Part shown: positions 1 through 8,848 of the stretch, in pieces
Numbering within the stretch: the stretch's first letter is position 1
Layout of the letters: each line of letters begins with the position of its first letter
Assembly (NCBI GenBank): GCA_963782055.1
Contig: CAWAIF010000003.1
Span: 4,896,001 to 4,960,000, forward strand
Source: an uncultured delta proteobacterium
Lineage (GTDB): Bacteria > Myxococcota_A > Polyangia > Polyangiales > Polyangiaceae
Direction of reading: 5' to 3'
Length of the DNA stretch: 64,000 bases
Notes under the pieces: generated by a model
What the model was told of the DNA's origin: nothing
What the model saw: only the letters and a program-made list of their open reading frames with translations
Databases searched by the model: none
Position numbers and translations under genes: made by a program

Positions 1-347
1 GCGGCGGCGCGAGCGTCTCGTCGACCAACACCTCCGCCAGCGCCCTGGTGCTCGGCGGCATCGGGGTGCTCGGCGACATCACGCTGGGCAACGTCTTCTT
101 CGTCGGCGGCGGCCCGGAGTTCCTGGGCGGCGTGGCCGGCTCCTCCAGCGCCGGCACCTCCGGTACGGCGGTCAACGCGTCGGAGGGCGTCTTCTTCGGC
201 CTCACCGCCCGCCTGGGCTTCGCCCTCGGCCACGTCGAGCCCCACCGGCGCCGCTGCTTCACCATCGGCGGCGACTTCCACCTGGTCATCACGCCGGGCG
301 GGCCGGTGATCGTCCCGCTCGTGGCGATGGGCTACGACTTCTTCTGA
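1..347 (+). CDS. 3' end of a hypothetical outer-membrane beta-barrel-like protein (5' truncated by the window)
   Basis: The frame is open from the window edge to TGA at 345-347. It has alternating Gly/hydrophobic strands and ends in aromatic residues (MGYDFF). Confidence 0.6.
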   Translation, partial: GGASVSSTNTSASALVLGGIGVLGDITLGNVFFVGGGPEFLGGVAGSSSAGTSGTAVNASEGVFFGLTARLGFALGHVEPHRRRCFTIGGDFHLVITPGGPVIVPLVAMGYDFF

Positions 348-952
348 CCGCCGGCCGCGTCGCGGCGGTCGAGTTCGTTGCGCAGGATGGTGATGGCGTC
401 GTCGGCGTGGAGGCTCACCGGCCCGACGCCCACCGGCGTCGCCCCGATGGCGTCGATCGCGGCCCGCGCCCGCGCGCCGAAGCCGAGGTGATCGCCGACG
501 AAGAAGGCGGCGTCCGTGGTGACGGGTGCCCGCTCGCGCAGGTCCGGTCCCGCCTCGTCCAGCACGTAGGGCGTGGCCCCGCCCAGGTCGGCGATCGCCA
601 CCTCCAGGCCGCCGTCGGCGATGGCGAGCCCCTCGCGGATGGGGGAGAACCCCGGCACCAGCCGCGGCACGCGCCGCGCGAGGGCCTTCTGCACCAGCAG
701 CGCCAGGCTGCGCTCATCCGGACGGACGAAGCGGACGTGCGCGCCCTCGACGCGCAGTACCCGGGGCATCCGCGGCTCGCCCAGGAAGGCGAGGTAGACG
801 ACGGTGTCGGCGCGGCAGCCGTGAGAGACGAGGAGCGCGGCGCGCAGGCAGCGCAGCAGCACGTCCAGCCGACCGCTGGTGCCCGGCATGTCGTCGAGCG
901 AGAAGTCGGGCGAGGCGACCACCCTCTGCCCGATGACGACGAAGCGGCGCAT
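332..952 (-). CDS. trmY: TrmY-like SPOUT methyltransferase (tRNA pseudouridine54 N1-methyltransferase family)
   Basis: Motifs MRRFVVIG..FSLDDMPGTSGRLDVLLRC..SHG.R, PDERS, FFVGDHLG and VGPVSLHADDAI. ATG at 952 lies inside the longer track ORF. Confidence 0.85.
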   Translation of the reverse strand: MRRFVVIGQRVVASPDFSLDDMPGTSGRLDVLLRCLRAALLVSHGCRADTVVYLAFLGEPRMPRVLRVEGAHVRFVRPDERSLALLVQKALARRVPRLVPGFSPIREGLAIADGGLEVAIADLGGATPYVLDEAGPDLRERAPVTTDAAFFVGDHLGFGARARAAIDAIGATPVGVGPVSLHADDAITILRNELDRRDAAGGQKKS

Positions 953-969
953 GACGGGTCCGAGGCGGC

Positions 970-2304
970 TCAGCGACGCGCACCGCTCGCCGGCGCGGAC
1001 GGGGCGGCGGCGTCCGCGCCCGAGGCCGACGGCGTCAGGGAGACCGCCTGCAGGGGGGCGGCGGCGGACGCGGGGCGCGACCAGGGCGCCATGAAGACCG
1101 TGGTGGCCGCGGCCCCCAGCAGCACCAGACCGATGCCGGCGAGCGTCAGTGTCCTCACGGAGGGGCCCTCGTCGTCGTCGGCGTCGGGCCCGGGCGCGGG
1201 CGGGCGCACCGTCGCCCCGACCGCCAGCGCACCGCTCGCAGACCCCGTGCCGGGCTCCGGCGCCGGCGGCGGGACGCTGGCGACGCCCGGGGACGCGACG
1301 CGCGGCAGCTCGTCGGGGCGGGTCGTGCGCTGCGGGCGCATCTGCTCCTCCACCAGGGCGGCGATCCGCGCGCGCTCCTCCGAGAAGGCCTGCGCGACCA
1401 TCCCGCCGAAGGCGCGGGCCGTCGGCCGCTCCCGCAGGGCGGCGAGGTACGCCTCGAGGTCCTGCTTCATGGCGAGCGCGGTGGGGTAGCGATCCTCCGG
1501 GCGCTTGGCGAGCGCGCGCTCCACCACCGCCTGCAGGTTGCCGGGCGCGGGCGGCGCGCCGCCGTCGGTCACGCGCGGCAGATCGCCGGTGCTCAGGCGG
1601 TGGATGATGGCCGCCTCCGGCATGCCCTTCCACATGCGGCGGCCGGTGAGCGCCTCCCAGAGGATGACGCCCGCGGAGAAGACGTCCGCCCGGCGGTCCA
1701 CCTTCTCGCCGAAGGCCTGCTCCGGGGCCATGTAGGCGACCTTGCCCTTGATGACGCCGGTCCGGGTCTGCGAGGAGCTGTCGGCGGTCTTGGCGATGCC
1801 GAAGTCCACCAGCTTCACCGCCCCGTTGTAGGTGACGAAGACGTTGTGCGGGCTCACGTCGCGGTGCACGACGTGGAGCGGCGTCCCGTCGTAGTCGCGG
1901 AGCTCGTGGGCGTGGTGCAGGCCCTCCAGCATGTCGACGAGGACGCGGAGCTGGTGCTCGCGAGTGAGCTGGCCGAGCCTGGAGAGGCGGGTGCGCACCG
2001 CGCTGAGCGCCTGCCCCTCCAGCCACTCCATCACGATGTAGAAGTGGCCTTCCTCCTCCACCACCTCGTTGGTCTGCACGATGTTCGGGTGGCTGAGGCG
2101 CGCGGCGAGGCGCGCCTCGTCGACGAACATGCCGCTGAACTCGGGGTCGTAGGCGAGGTCGTCCTTGAGCTCCTTGATGACCACCAGCTTGGTGAACCCG
2201 CGCGGCCCCCGCGACGCGGCGAGGTAGACCGTGGCCATGCCGCCGCGACCCAGCTCGGCGATGGGGTGGTACTTCCCCAGCGACCTCTGCGACATGGGCG
2301 CCAT
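970..2304 (-). CDS. Ser/Thr protein kinase with a C-terminal TM helix
   Basis: LGRGGMA, VVIK, HRDVSPHN, DFG and YMAPE motifs, then a hydrophobic segment. Confidence 0.92.
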   Translation of the reverse strand: MAPMSQRSLGKYHPIAELGRGGMATVYLAASRGPRGFTKLVVIKELKDDLAYDPEFSGMFVDEARLAARLSHPNIVQTNEVVEEEGHFYIVMEWLEGQALSAVRTRLSRLGQLTREHQLRVLVDMLEGLHHAHELRDYDGTPLHVVHRDVSPHNVFVTYNGAVKLVDFGIAKTADSSSQTRTGVIKGKVAYMAPEQAFGEKVDRRADVFSAGVILWEALTGRRMWKGMPEAAIIHRLSTGDLPRVTDGGAPPAPGNLQAVVERALAKRPEDRYPTALAMKQDLEAYLAALRERPTARAFGGMVAQAFSEERARIAALVEEQMRPQRTTRPDELPRVASPGVASVPPPAPEPGTGSASGALAVGATVRPPAPGPDADDDEGPSVRTLTLAGIGLVLLGAAATTVFMAPWSRPASAAAPLQAVSLTPSASGADAAAPSAPASGARR

Positions 2305-2381
2305 CGATGCCAGCTTAGCGGATCATGCGCGACAGGAAAGCACCCGTACGCGGCTCCCGTCGTGGAAGGGCGCTTGTCGCG

Positions 2382-3923
2382 TCAGAAGACGGGCGCCCAG
2401 GCGCGGAGCTTGTCGCAGTCGAGGACGGGCTTGCTGAGGGGGTTCTTCCACTCGGAGGTGCACAGCCCCACGAGCGCGCCCAGCGCGGTGAAGGCGATGC
2501 CGTCCCCCGCCGGCTGGTAGAGGTAGCTGCCGTCGGCCGGCGGCGAGTCGAAGAGGTGGTAGACGACGTCGTTCTGCGGGTCGAGGTAGGTCTGGTGGGC
2601 GAGGTCGAGCTGCTTCTGCAGGAAGGCCACCTCCCGCCAGGTGAGGGGCACGCCCACGTTGGCGGAGAAGAGGATGAGCTCGGAGGCGTCGGTGACCGTC
2701 ACGAAGGGGGGCGGCGTGCCCGCGTCGAAGGCGTCCATCATGTCGTCCAGACGCTGGGCGAGCCCCTTCTCCAGCGCCAGGGCGATGGGGACGTTGTTGG
2801 ACAGCAGCGCGTGGGCGGCGGCGGCCTCGTGGGAGGAGCGCAGGATCTGGCCGTTGGAGTGGCCGCCCGCGCTCGCCGCGGCGTCGACCGAGCTGATGCC
2901 GTTGCCGCAGTCCAGGTCGCCCGGCGTCACGCGCCCAAAGAGGCGCAGGGCCATCTTGGCGTCGCACTCGGCGTCGACGGTGCCGAACTGGATGAAGTGG
3001 GCGAGGCCATCGGGCGGGATGATGGTCTGGTCGTTCTTGTCCAGCGTGGCGATCGCCCAGCCGTCGTCCTCCACGCGACGCGCCCACGACTGGTACAGGC
3101 GGCGCATCTGGACGAGATCGTCCTGGGCCCCCGGCTCGGTGAAGGTGCCATCGCACGCGTCGACCTGGGCGATGGCGCGGAACATGTGGCCGATGTCGTC
3201 CTTGGAGCGCTTGTTCTTCACCCACTCGTCGCCCCAGCCCGGATTATTTGCAATATGCACATAATCGGTGGCGCCGTTGTCGGTGCCGGGGTGGTTCTGC
3301 GAGTAGTCGATGAAGTAGGAGATACCGTCGTCGTCGGACTGGACGGACGCCGGGTACGACGCGCGCGTGAGGAGGGTGTCCGGGTCGTCCGCCGAGCGCT
3401 GCATGGCGAGGATCCAGGAAGAGAAGCCGCGGATCAGCTTCCGTGTCAGGTGCTCCAGGCGGGCGTCCCCGGGCCACATCAGGTGGGCGTAGCAGGCGCC
3501 CTCGAGCACGGGGGAGGTGGAGATGCCGTCGTTGTCGGAGCCCTGCGCGCCGTGGAAGTAGGTGACCTTGCCGCCCTGCACGTGCATGTCCACCCCGCTC
3601 CACCACGTGCCGTACCAGAAGCGCTTCTGCGGATCGGACTCCGGCCAGCCGTGCACGCGCTCGCGCAGCATGCCGAAGTAGCGCGACCTCGTCAGCAGGT
3701 CGATGAGCTCGTCGGTCCTGGCCTCGATGTCCGCCTGGCTGACGGGCGTCCCCTTCTCGGGGCGGGTGTACGGGAAGGGCAGCGCCTTGGGGTGCGGCGG
3801 GACGGAGCCGTCGGGCGGGAGCTCCGGCGCGGCGTCGGCGCCGGCGTCGACCGACGCGCCGTCCCCCGGCGCCACGCACGCGACGAGCGCGACCGCGCAG
3901 ACGACGCACGCCGGGCCGCGCAC
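2382..3923 (-). CDS. Hypothetical lipoprotein, 513 aa
   Basis: Signal peptide and lipobox LVAC, DAGADA linker, and a long Trp/Tyr/Asp-rich globular region with host-like codon use. Confidence 0.8.
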   Translation of the reverse strand: MRGPACVVCAVALVACVAPGDGASVDAGADAAPELPPDGSVPPHPKALPFPYTRPEKGTPVSQADIEARTDELIDLLTRSRYFGMLRERVHGWPESDPQKRFWYGTWWSGVDMHVQGGKVTYFHGAQGSDNDGISTSPVLEGACYAHLMWPGDARLEHLTRKLIRGFSSWILAMQRSADDPDTLLTRASYPASVQSDDDGISYFIDYSQNHPGTDNGATDYVHIANNPGWGDEWVKNKRSKDDIGHMFRAIAQVDACDGTFTEPGAQDDLVQMRRLYQSWARRVEDDGWAIATLDKNDQTIIPPDGLAHFIQFGTVDAECDAKMALRLFGRVTPGDLDCGNGISSVDAAASAGGHSNGQILRSSHEAAAAHALLSNNVPIALALEKGLAQRLDDMMDAFDAGTPPPFVTVTDASELILFSANVGVPLTWREVAFLQKQLDLAHQTYLDPQNDVVYHLFDSPPADGSYLYQPAGDGIAFTALGALVGLCTSEWKNPLSKPVLDCDKLRAWAPVF

Positions 3924-3926
3924 GGC

Positions 3927-4238
3927 TCACTCCCCCCGGATGGCGGCGGCGCGCTTCCGGCGCTCCGTCTCACGCGCGGTGTCGCCGGCGACGCGGGCGA
4001 TCTCGGCCTCGCAGTCGAGCAGGCGCGCGGCCATGTCGCTCCGGGGGCCGAGCATCATGCGCGCCGAGCCGGCGTCGAGGCGCTCGAGCTGGGCGCGCGG
4101 GAAGCCCACGACCGAGGTGTAGGCCTGCTCCACCAGGCGCGAGGCCTCGTCCAGCTTTCCCTGGTCGGCGAGCTCCAGCGCGCGGGTGAGGACGCCCGCG
4201 AGCTGCTCCAGAATGCGCGTCAGGTATTCGCTGTGCAT
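3927..4238 (-). CDS. Small helical hypothetical protein (DUF6483-like)
   Basis: EYLTRILEQLAGVL..G..DEA pattern. Ends 3 nt before the next gene. Confidence 0.7.
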   Translation of the reverse strand: MHSEYLTRILEQLAGVLTRALELADQGKLDEASRLVEQAYTSVVGFPRAQLERLDAGSARMMLGPRSDMAARLLDCEAEIARVAGDTARETERRKRAAAIRGE

Positions 4239-4334
4239 GGCTCACGCATAGCATGGGCGGGCGTCCCCGGGGATCCACGGGGCGGCGCACGTGAAGCGCG
4301 CGCGGGCGCGCCTCGGGTGGGGTAGAGTGGAGGG

Positions 4335-4613
4335 GTGAAGCGGACGTTGCGGTGGGTGCTTGCGGTGTCGCTCGTGGTCGTCACCACGTGGATGGCCTAC
4401 GACAACGTGCTCTCCGACCTCGGGCCCATCCAGCAGCTCGCCGAGCAGACGGCGTGCACGGTGAAGAAGTGCTCGGAGCAGCACGGGATGACGAGCCTGT
4501 CCCGCACACCGATCGGGCAGACCTTCGGCTTCACGTGGCGCAGCGGCACCGTGCGTGTGTACTGCCACCGCGCGTACTGGGTGATCGGCGAGCGCAAGTG
4601 CGCGCTGGATTGA
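4335..4613 (+). CDS. Hypothetical membrane-anchored protein with 4 Cys
   Basis: GGAGG RBS, GTG start, N-terminal TM segment. Confidence 0.7.
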   Translation: MKRTLRWVLAVSLVVVTTWMAYDNVLSDLGPIQQLAEQTACTVKKCSEQHGMTSLSRTPIGQTFGFTWRSGTVRVYCHRAYWVIGERKCALD

Positions 4614-4619
4614 GCCCGC

Positions 4620-6473
4620 TCAGGAGAGTGAGCTGGCGCGGGCGGAGGCGTCGGCCAGCGTACGCATCACCAGGTCCTCGAGCTGCGCGATGGTGAACGG
4701 CTTCTCCAGCGCGGGGAGGCCGGAGCTCTCGTAGAAGGCCTGAGCGCGCGGCGAGAAGGGGCCCCCGGTCATCAGCGCGGTGTGCCGCGCCAGCTCCGGC
4801 CACCTGCGCGCGACCGCCTCGTGCAGGTCGATGCCGGCCATCTCGGGCATCATCAGGTCCACCAGCATGACGTCGAAGGATCGGCCGCTCTCCAGCAGCG
4901 CGAGCGCCTCCGCTCCGGAGCCGACGGTCTCGACGTCGAAGTGGTCTTCCAGCGCGCGCGCCACCACGACGCGCACCCGCGGCTCGTCGTCGACGACGAG
5001 CACGTGCGGCCTTCGCCCCAATCCCTGCACCGGCCGCACGCTCGAGGTCGGCGCCAGCGCCGGCTCCGCGACGGGGAGGCGCACGCGGAAGGTCGTGCCG
5101 TGCTCGGAGCTCTCGACGTCGATGGTGCCACCGAGCGAGGTGACGATGCCGTGTGCGATGGAGAGCCCCAGGCCGGTGCCCCCACCCTCCGACTTGGACG
5201 TGACGAAGGGCTCGAAGACGTGCGGCAACAGCGCCCTGGGGATGCCCGTGCCGGTGTCCGACACCTTCACCTCCACCACGTCCCCCTGACGCCGCGCCGC
5301 CACGTCGATGCGGTGGTGCGTCGCGTCGCCGACGCGGATGGCCTCCGCCGCGTTGACGAGGAGGTTGAGGAACACCTGCCCCACGCGCGTCTCGTTGGCG
5401 AGCACCGGCGGCACGCCCTTGACGTCCAGGTGGAGCTGCGCGCGGTGGCGGATCGCGTTGCGCGCGATGGCACATGCGAAGCCGATCGCGCGCTCCAGGT
5501 CCACCGGACGCAGCTCGTCCCCCGAGCCGCGGGCGAAGTCGCGCAGGTCGGCGACGATGCCCTTGACGCGCAGGGCGCCCTCGAGCGCCGAGTCGATCGC
5601 CGCGAGCGCGTTCGGCCGCGCGCGCTCCCAGGCGACCGGGTCGCCGGCGATCGCCCCGCGCACCAGCTCGATGTTGAGCAGGACGTACGCCAGCGGGTTG
5701 TTGATCTCGTGCGCCACGCCCGCCGCCAGCGTGCCGATGGAGGCGAGCCTGTCGGCGAGGGCGAGGCGCGACTCCAGCCGCTTGCGCTCGGTGAGGTCGT
5801 GGACGGCGACCATCCGCACCGCCTCGCCGCGGTACACGATGGAGCGCGCGCGCACCTCCGCCGGGAAGGTGGTGCCGTCCGCCCGCCGGGCGAAGGCTTC
5901 GTACGGGCTGGGGTCATGCGTGTCGGCGTGGGCGCGCACCACCTCGCTCGACTGCGCGTCGATGAACTCGTACATGTCGTGGCCGACCATCCCGCCTGGC
6001 GAGACGCGGTACAGGCGATCGGTGGCGTCGTTGGTGAGGAGGATCTTGCCGGCCTTGTGGATGAAGACCGCCTCGAAGGTGGCCTCCGAGAGCGCGCGGA
6101 ACTTCTCCTCGCTCTCGCGCAGCACGTCCAGCGCGCTGAGGTCGCGCATCGTGGTCCAGACCACCAGATCGCCGGTGGCGGGCTGCACGAGCAGCATCGA
6201 CAACCACACCCGGAGCTTCTCCCCGCTCTTCCGCACGAGGGTGCGCTCTCCGAGGAAGGTCTCGTCGGGCGCCTCACCGGGGGCGAAGAGGTCGTCCCGC
6301 CCCTTGCCCACGAGCTCGTCGGCGGAGTAGCCGAGCATGCGGCACGCGGCGTCGTTCGCCGCGGCGACGGTGCCCCCGCGATCGGAGAGCAGCATCGCTT
6401 CTCGGCTCATGCGGAGTATGTCGAGCAGCCGCTGCATCGAAGGCCATCGTACGTTGAGCCGCGGGGAGCGCAA
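4620..6473 (-). CDS. PAS-PAS hybrid histidine kinase/response regulator
   Basis: AHEINNPL H-box, N-box NLLVNA, DTGTGI, GTGLGL, and a C-terminal REC domain (VLVVDDE, DLMMP, KPF). Start uncertain; it may be the MQRLL ATG. Confidence 0.92.
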   Translation of the reverse strand: MRSPRLNVRWPSMQRLLDILRMSREAMLLSDRGGTVAAANDAACRMLGYSADELVGKGRDDLFAPGEAPDETFLGERTLVRKSGEKLRVWLSMLLVQPATGDLVVWTTMRDLSALDVLRESEEKFRALSEATFEAVFIHKAGKILLTNDATDRLYRVSPGGMVGHDMYEFIDAQSSEVVRAHADTHDPSPYEAFARRADGTTFPAEVRARSIVYRGEAVRMVAVHDLTERKRLESRLALADRLASIGTLAAGVAHEINNPLAYVLLNIELVRGAIAGDPVAWERARPNALAAIDSALEGALRVKGIVADLRDFARGSGDELRPVDLERAIGFACAIARNAIRHRAQLHLDVKGVPPVLANETRVGQVFLNLLVNAAEAIRVGDATHHRIDVAARRQGDVVEVKVSDTGTGIPRALLPHVFEPFVTSKSEGGGTGLGLSIAHGIVTSLGGTIDVESSEHGTTFRVRLPVAEPALAPTSSVRPVQGLGRRPHVLVVDDEPRVRVVVARALEDHFDVETVGSGAEALALLESGRSFDVMLVDLMMPEMAGIDLHEAVARRWPELARHTALMTGGPFSPRAQAFYESSGLPALEKPFTIAQLEDLVMRTLADASARASSLS

Positions 6474-6583
6474 CGCTCGGGAGGCGCGCCCGCGCCCTTC
6501 CGGGCGGGGGGCCGCGGGAATGGCGCCCGGGCCTTCTACCAGTGGTCAAGGGCGCCCAAAGGGGCTAAGGAGGAGCCGGAAGG

Positions 6584-8425
6584 ATGGCGGCAGTCGATCC
6601 AGAATCGCAGGGCGCAGCCGAGGTGACCCCCAAGGACCTGTACTCCAAGCTGCGGCGCGTGCTGCGCGTCTGGCGTGCGGTGGCCCTCCGCGCCGAGCTG
6701 CGCATCGCCCCGACGGAGTCGCAGCGGCTCTTCATCCTCACCATCGTGCTCGGCCTGGTGTGCGGCTTCGCCGCCGTGGCCTTCCACCTCGCCATCTTCT
6801 TCGCCGACGATCACCTCATCAGCCGCGCGATGCGCGCCTCCGGCAAGTCGTGGATGGTCTGGACCATCATCACGCCCACGGTCGGCGGCCTCGTCTCCGG
6901 CGCGCTCCTCCAGTACGTCTTCCCCAAGTCGCGCGGCAGCGGCGTCCCCCAGGTGAAGGTGGCCTTCGCCTCGCGCGAGGGCGTCGTCACCGTGCGCGAG
7001 GCGATCGGGAAGTTCTTCGTCGGCGTGCTGCAGATCGGCACCGGGTCGTCGCTCGGCCTGGAGGGCCCCACGGTGCAGATCTGCGCGGGCGTCTCCAGCC
7101 TGCTCGGCAAGCTGATGCAGGTCTCCCCGCAGAGCCGGCGGCGGCTGATCCCGGTGGGCGCGGCGGCCGGCATCGCGGCGGCGTTCAACGCCCCCATCGC
7201 GGCGGTCACCTTCACCATCGAGGAGGTGGTCGGGCAGCTCGACCAGACCGTCCTCTCCGGCGTCATCATCGCCGCGGCGCTCTCCGCCGTGATCGAGCGC
7301 AGCGTCCTCGGCTCAAACCCGGTCCTGGGCGTGCCGGAGCACTTCAGCCTGAGCGACCCGCGGTCTCTGCTGCTGTACGCCGCGCTGGGCGTCGCGGCCG
7401 CGGGCGTCTCGGTCACCTTCACCGACGGCCTGCTCAAGCTGCGCCTCGCCTTCCGCAAGCTGAAGTTCGTCCCGGCCTGGGCGCACCCGGCGGTCGGCGC
7501 CGGCGCCACCGGCCTGCTCGCGGTGGTGGTCCTCGCGGTCTTCCACAAGGGCGGCGTGACGGGCGGCGGCTACGCGGTGCTGGAGGAGTCGCTCCGCGGC
7601 TCCCTCGGCTGGCGCGTGCTCTGCGTGCTCTGCGTCGCCAAGATCGCCTCCACCGTCTTCTCCTACTCCAGCGGCGGCGCCGGCGGCATCTTCGCCCCCG
7701 CGCTCTTCATGGGCGGCACGCTGGGCGGCGCCTTCGGCTACCTGGACAGCGCCATCTTCCACCACTCCGACGTCGGCGCCTTCGCCCTGGTGGGGATGGG
7801 CGCCGTCTTCAGCGCCACCATCCGCGCGCCGATGACGAGCGTCCTCATCATCGTGGAGATGACGTCCGGCTACGGGCTGATCCTGCCGCTGATGATCGCC
7901 AACATGAGCGCGTACATCCTGGCCCGCCAGTTCCGGCCGGAGCCGGTGTACGAGGCGCTCCTCGCGCAGGACGGCATCCACCTCGGCGGTCGGGCCATGC
8001 TGGACGCCCTGGAGTACCTGAAGCTGGACAAGCTCATCGCCCACGAGGGCACCTTCGTCACCTTCCGGCGAACGGCCCTGCCGAGCGAGCTGCTGCGCAA
8101 GATCGGCCAGAGCCCCCAGCAGGGCGTCTTCCCGGTGGTCAACGAGGACGGCAAGCTCCTCGGCCTCATCACGCCGGAGGACGTGGGCGTGCTGGAGGCG
8201 GAGCCGGAGCTGGAGCTGGTGGTCAACGCCTCCGACCTCATGCGCACGCCCCCCATCAGCGTGCGGCGCGAGGACGACCTGCGCACCGTCTACGAGCTGA
8301 TGCAGGCCGAGAGCCTGAGGCAGGTCCCGGTGCTCGACGAGACCGATCACATCATCGGCCTGGTCGACGAGACGGAGATCGCCCAGGCGTACCTGCACGC
8401 CACCGGGGGCCCGGGCCATCATTAA
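6584..8425 (+). CDS. clcA: CLC-family Cl-/H+ antiporter with CBS pair
   Basis: GSGVP, GLEGP (gating Glu), FNAP..FTIEE (proton Glu), GGIFAP, and C-terminal CBS domains. Confidence 0.92.
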   Translation: MAAVDPESQGAAEVTPKDLYSKLRRVLRVWRAVALRAELRIAPTESQRLFILTIVLGLVCGFAAVAFHLAIFFADDHLISRAMRASGKSWMVWTIITPTVGGLVSGALLQYVFPKSRGSGVPQVKVAFASREGVVTVREAIGKFFVGVLQIGTGSSLGLEGPTVQICAGVSSLLGKLMQVSPQSRRRLIPVGAAAGIAAAFNAPIAAVTFTIEEVVGQLDQTVLSGVIIAAALSAVIERSVLGSNPVLGVPEHFSLSDPRSLLLYAALGVAAAGVSVTFTDGLLKLRLAFRKLKFVPAWAHPAVGAGATGLLAVVVLAVFHKGGVTGGGYAVLEESLRGSLGWRVLCVLCVAKIASTVFSYSSGGAGGIFAPALFMGGTLGGAFGYLDSAIFHHSDVGAFALVGMGAVFSATIRAPMTSVLIIVEMTSGYGLILPLMIANMSAYILARQFRPEPVYEALLAQDGIHLGGRAMLDALEYLKLDKLIAHEGTFVTFRRTALPSELLRKIGQSPQQGVFPVVNEDGKLLGLITPEDVGVLEAEPELELVVNASDLMRTPPISVRREDDLRTVYELMQAESLRQVPVLDETDHIIGLVDETEIAQAYLHATGGPGHH

Positions 8426-8426
8426 T

Positions 8427-8790
8427 GGGAGGGGCGGCACGCGCCGCCCCTCCCCGCCCAACGTGAAGTTGGGCGGGGCCCCTCCCCACGCGGGGCCTCC
8501 GCTACGCGTCGGCCTTTGCGCGCGCCGACCCCATGCGAGACTGCTGCCGCTCGCGCCGCCCCTCCACGCGGGGCCTCCGCTACGCGTCGGCCTTTGCGCG
8601 CGCCGACCCCATGCGAGACTGCTGCCGCTCGCGCCGCCCCTCCCCGCCCAACGTGAAGTTGGGCGGGGCCCCTCCCCACGCGGGGCCTCCGCTACGCGTC
8701 GGGGCGGGGCCGCTGCTACCACAACGCGTGGCCTGCTGCCGCTCGCGCCGCCCCTCCCCGCGCCGCCCCTCCGCACTCGCCGTTCGACGG
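8427..8790. repeat. Mosaic of palindromic REP/BIME-like modules
   Basis: 78-nt unit in tandem (8486-8563, 8564-8641) and a third variant from 8676. Hairpin ccccgcccaac-gtgaa-gttgggcgggg at 8452-8478 and 8642-8668. 12-bp stem at 8427-8454. Confidence 0.85.
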
Positions 8791-8848
8791 GCGAATGCGC
8801 TCCCCACGGCGCACATGAAGGTCTAACCTCCGGCGGCTCGAGTCCGCC

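Noticed and set aside
6584..8425. Fluoride-specific CLC-F exporter
   Set aside because: It has the canonical GSGVP and GLEGP motifs, not the GNNLI/GREGT-type signatures.
8427..8790. CRISPR array
   Set aside because: There are only three units, two cores are identical, spacing is irregular with inserted hairpins, and there are no cas genes in the window.
8427..8848. M-box (ykoK) riboswitch upstream of mgtE
   Set aside because: I could not recognise conserved M-box sequence and the region is explained by repeats. An Rfam scan is needed to exclude it formally.
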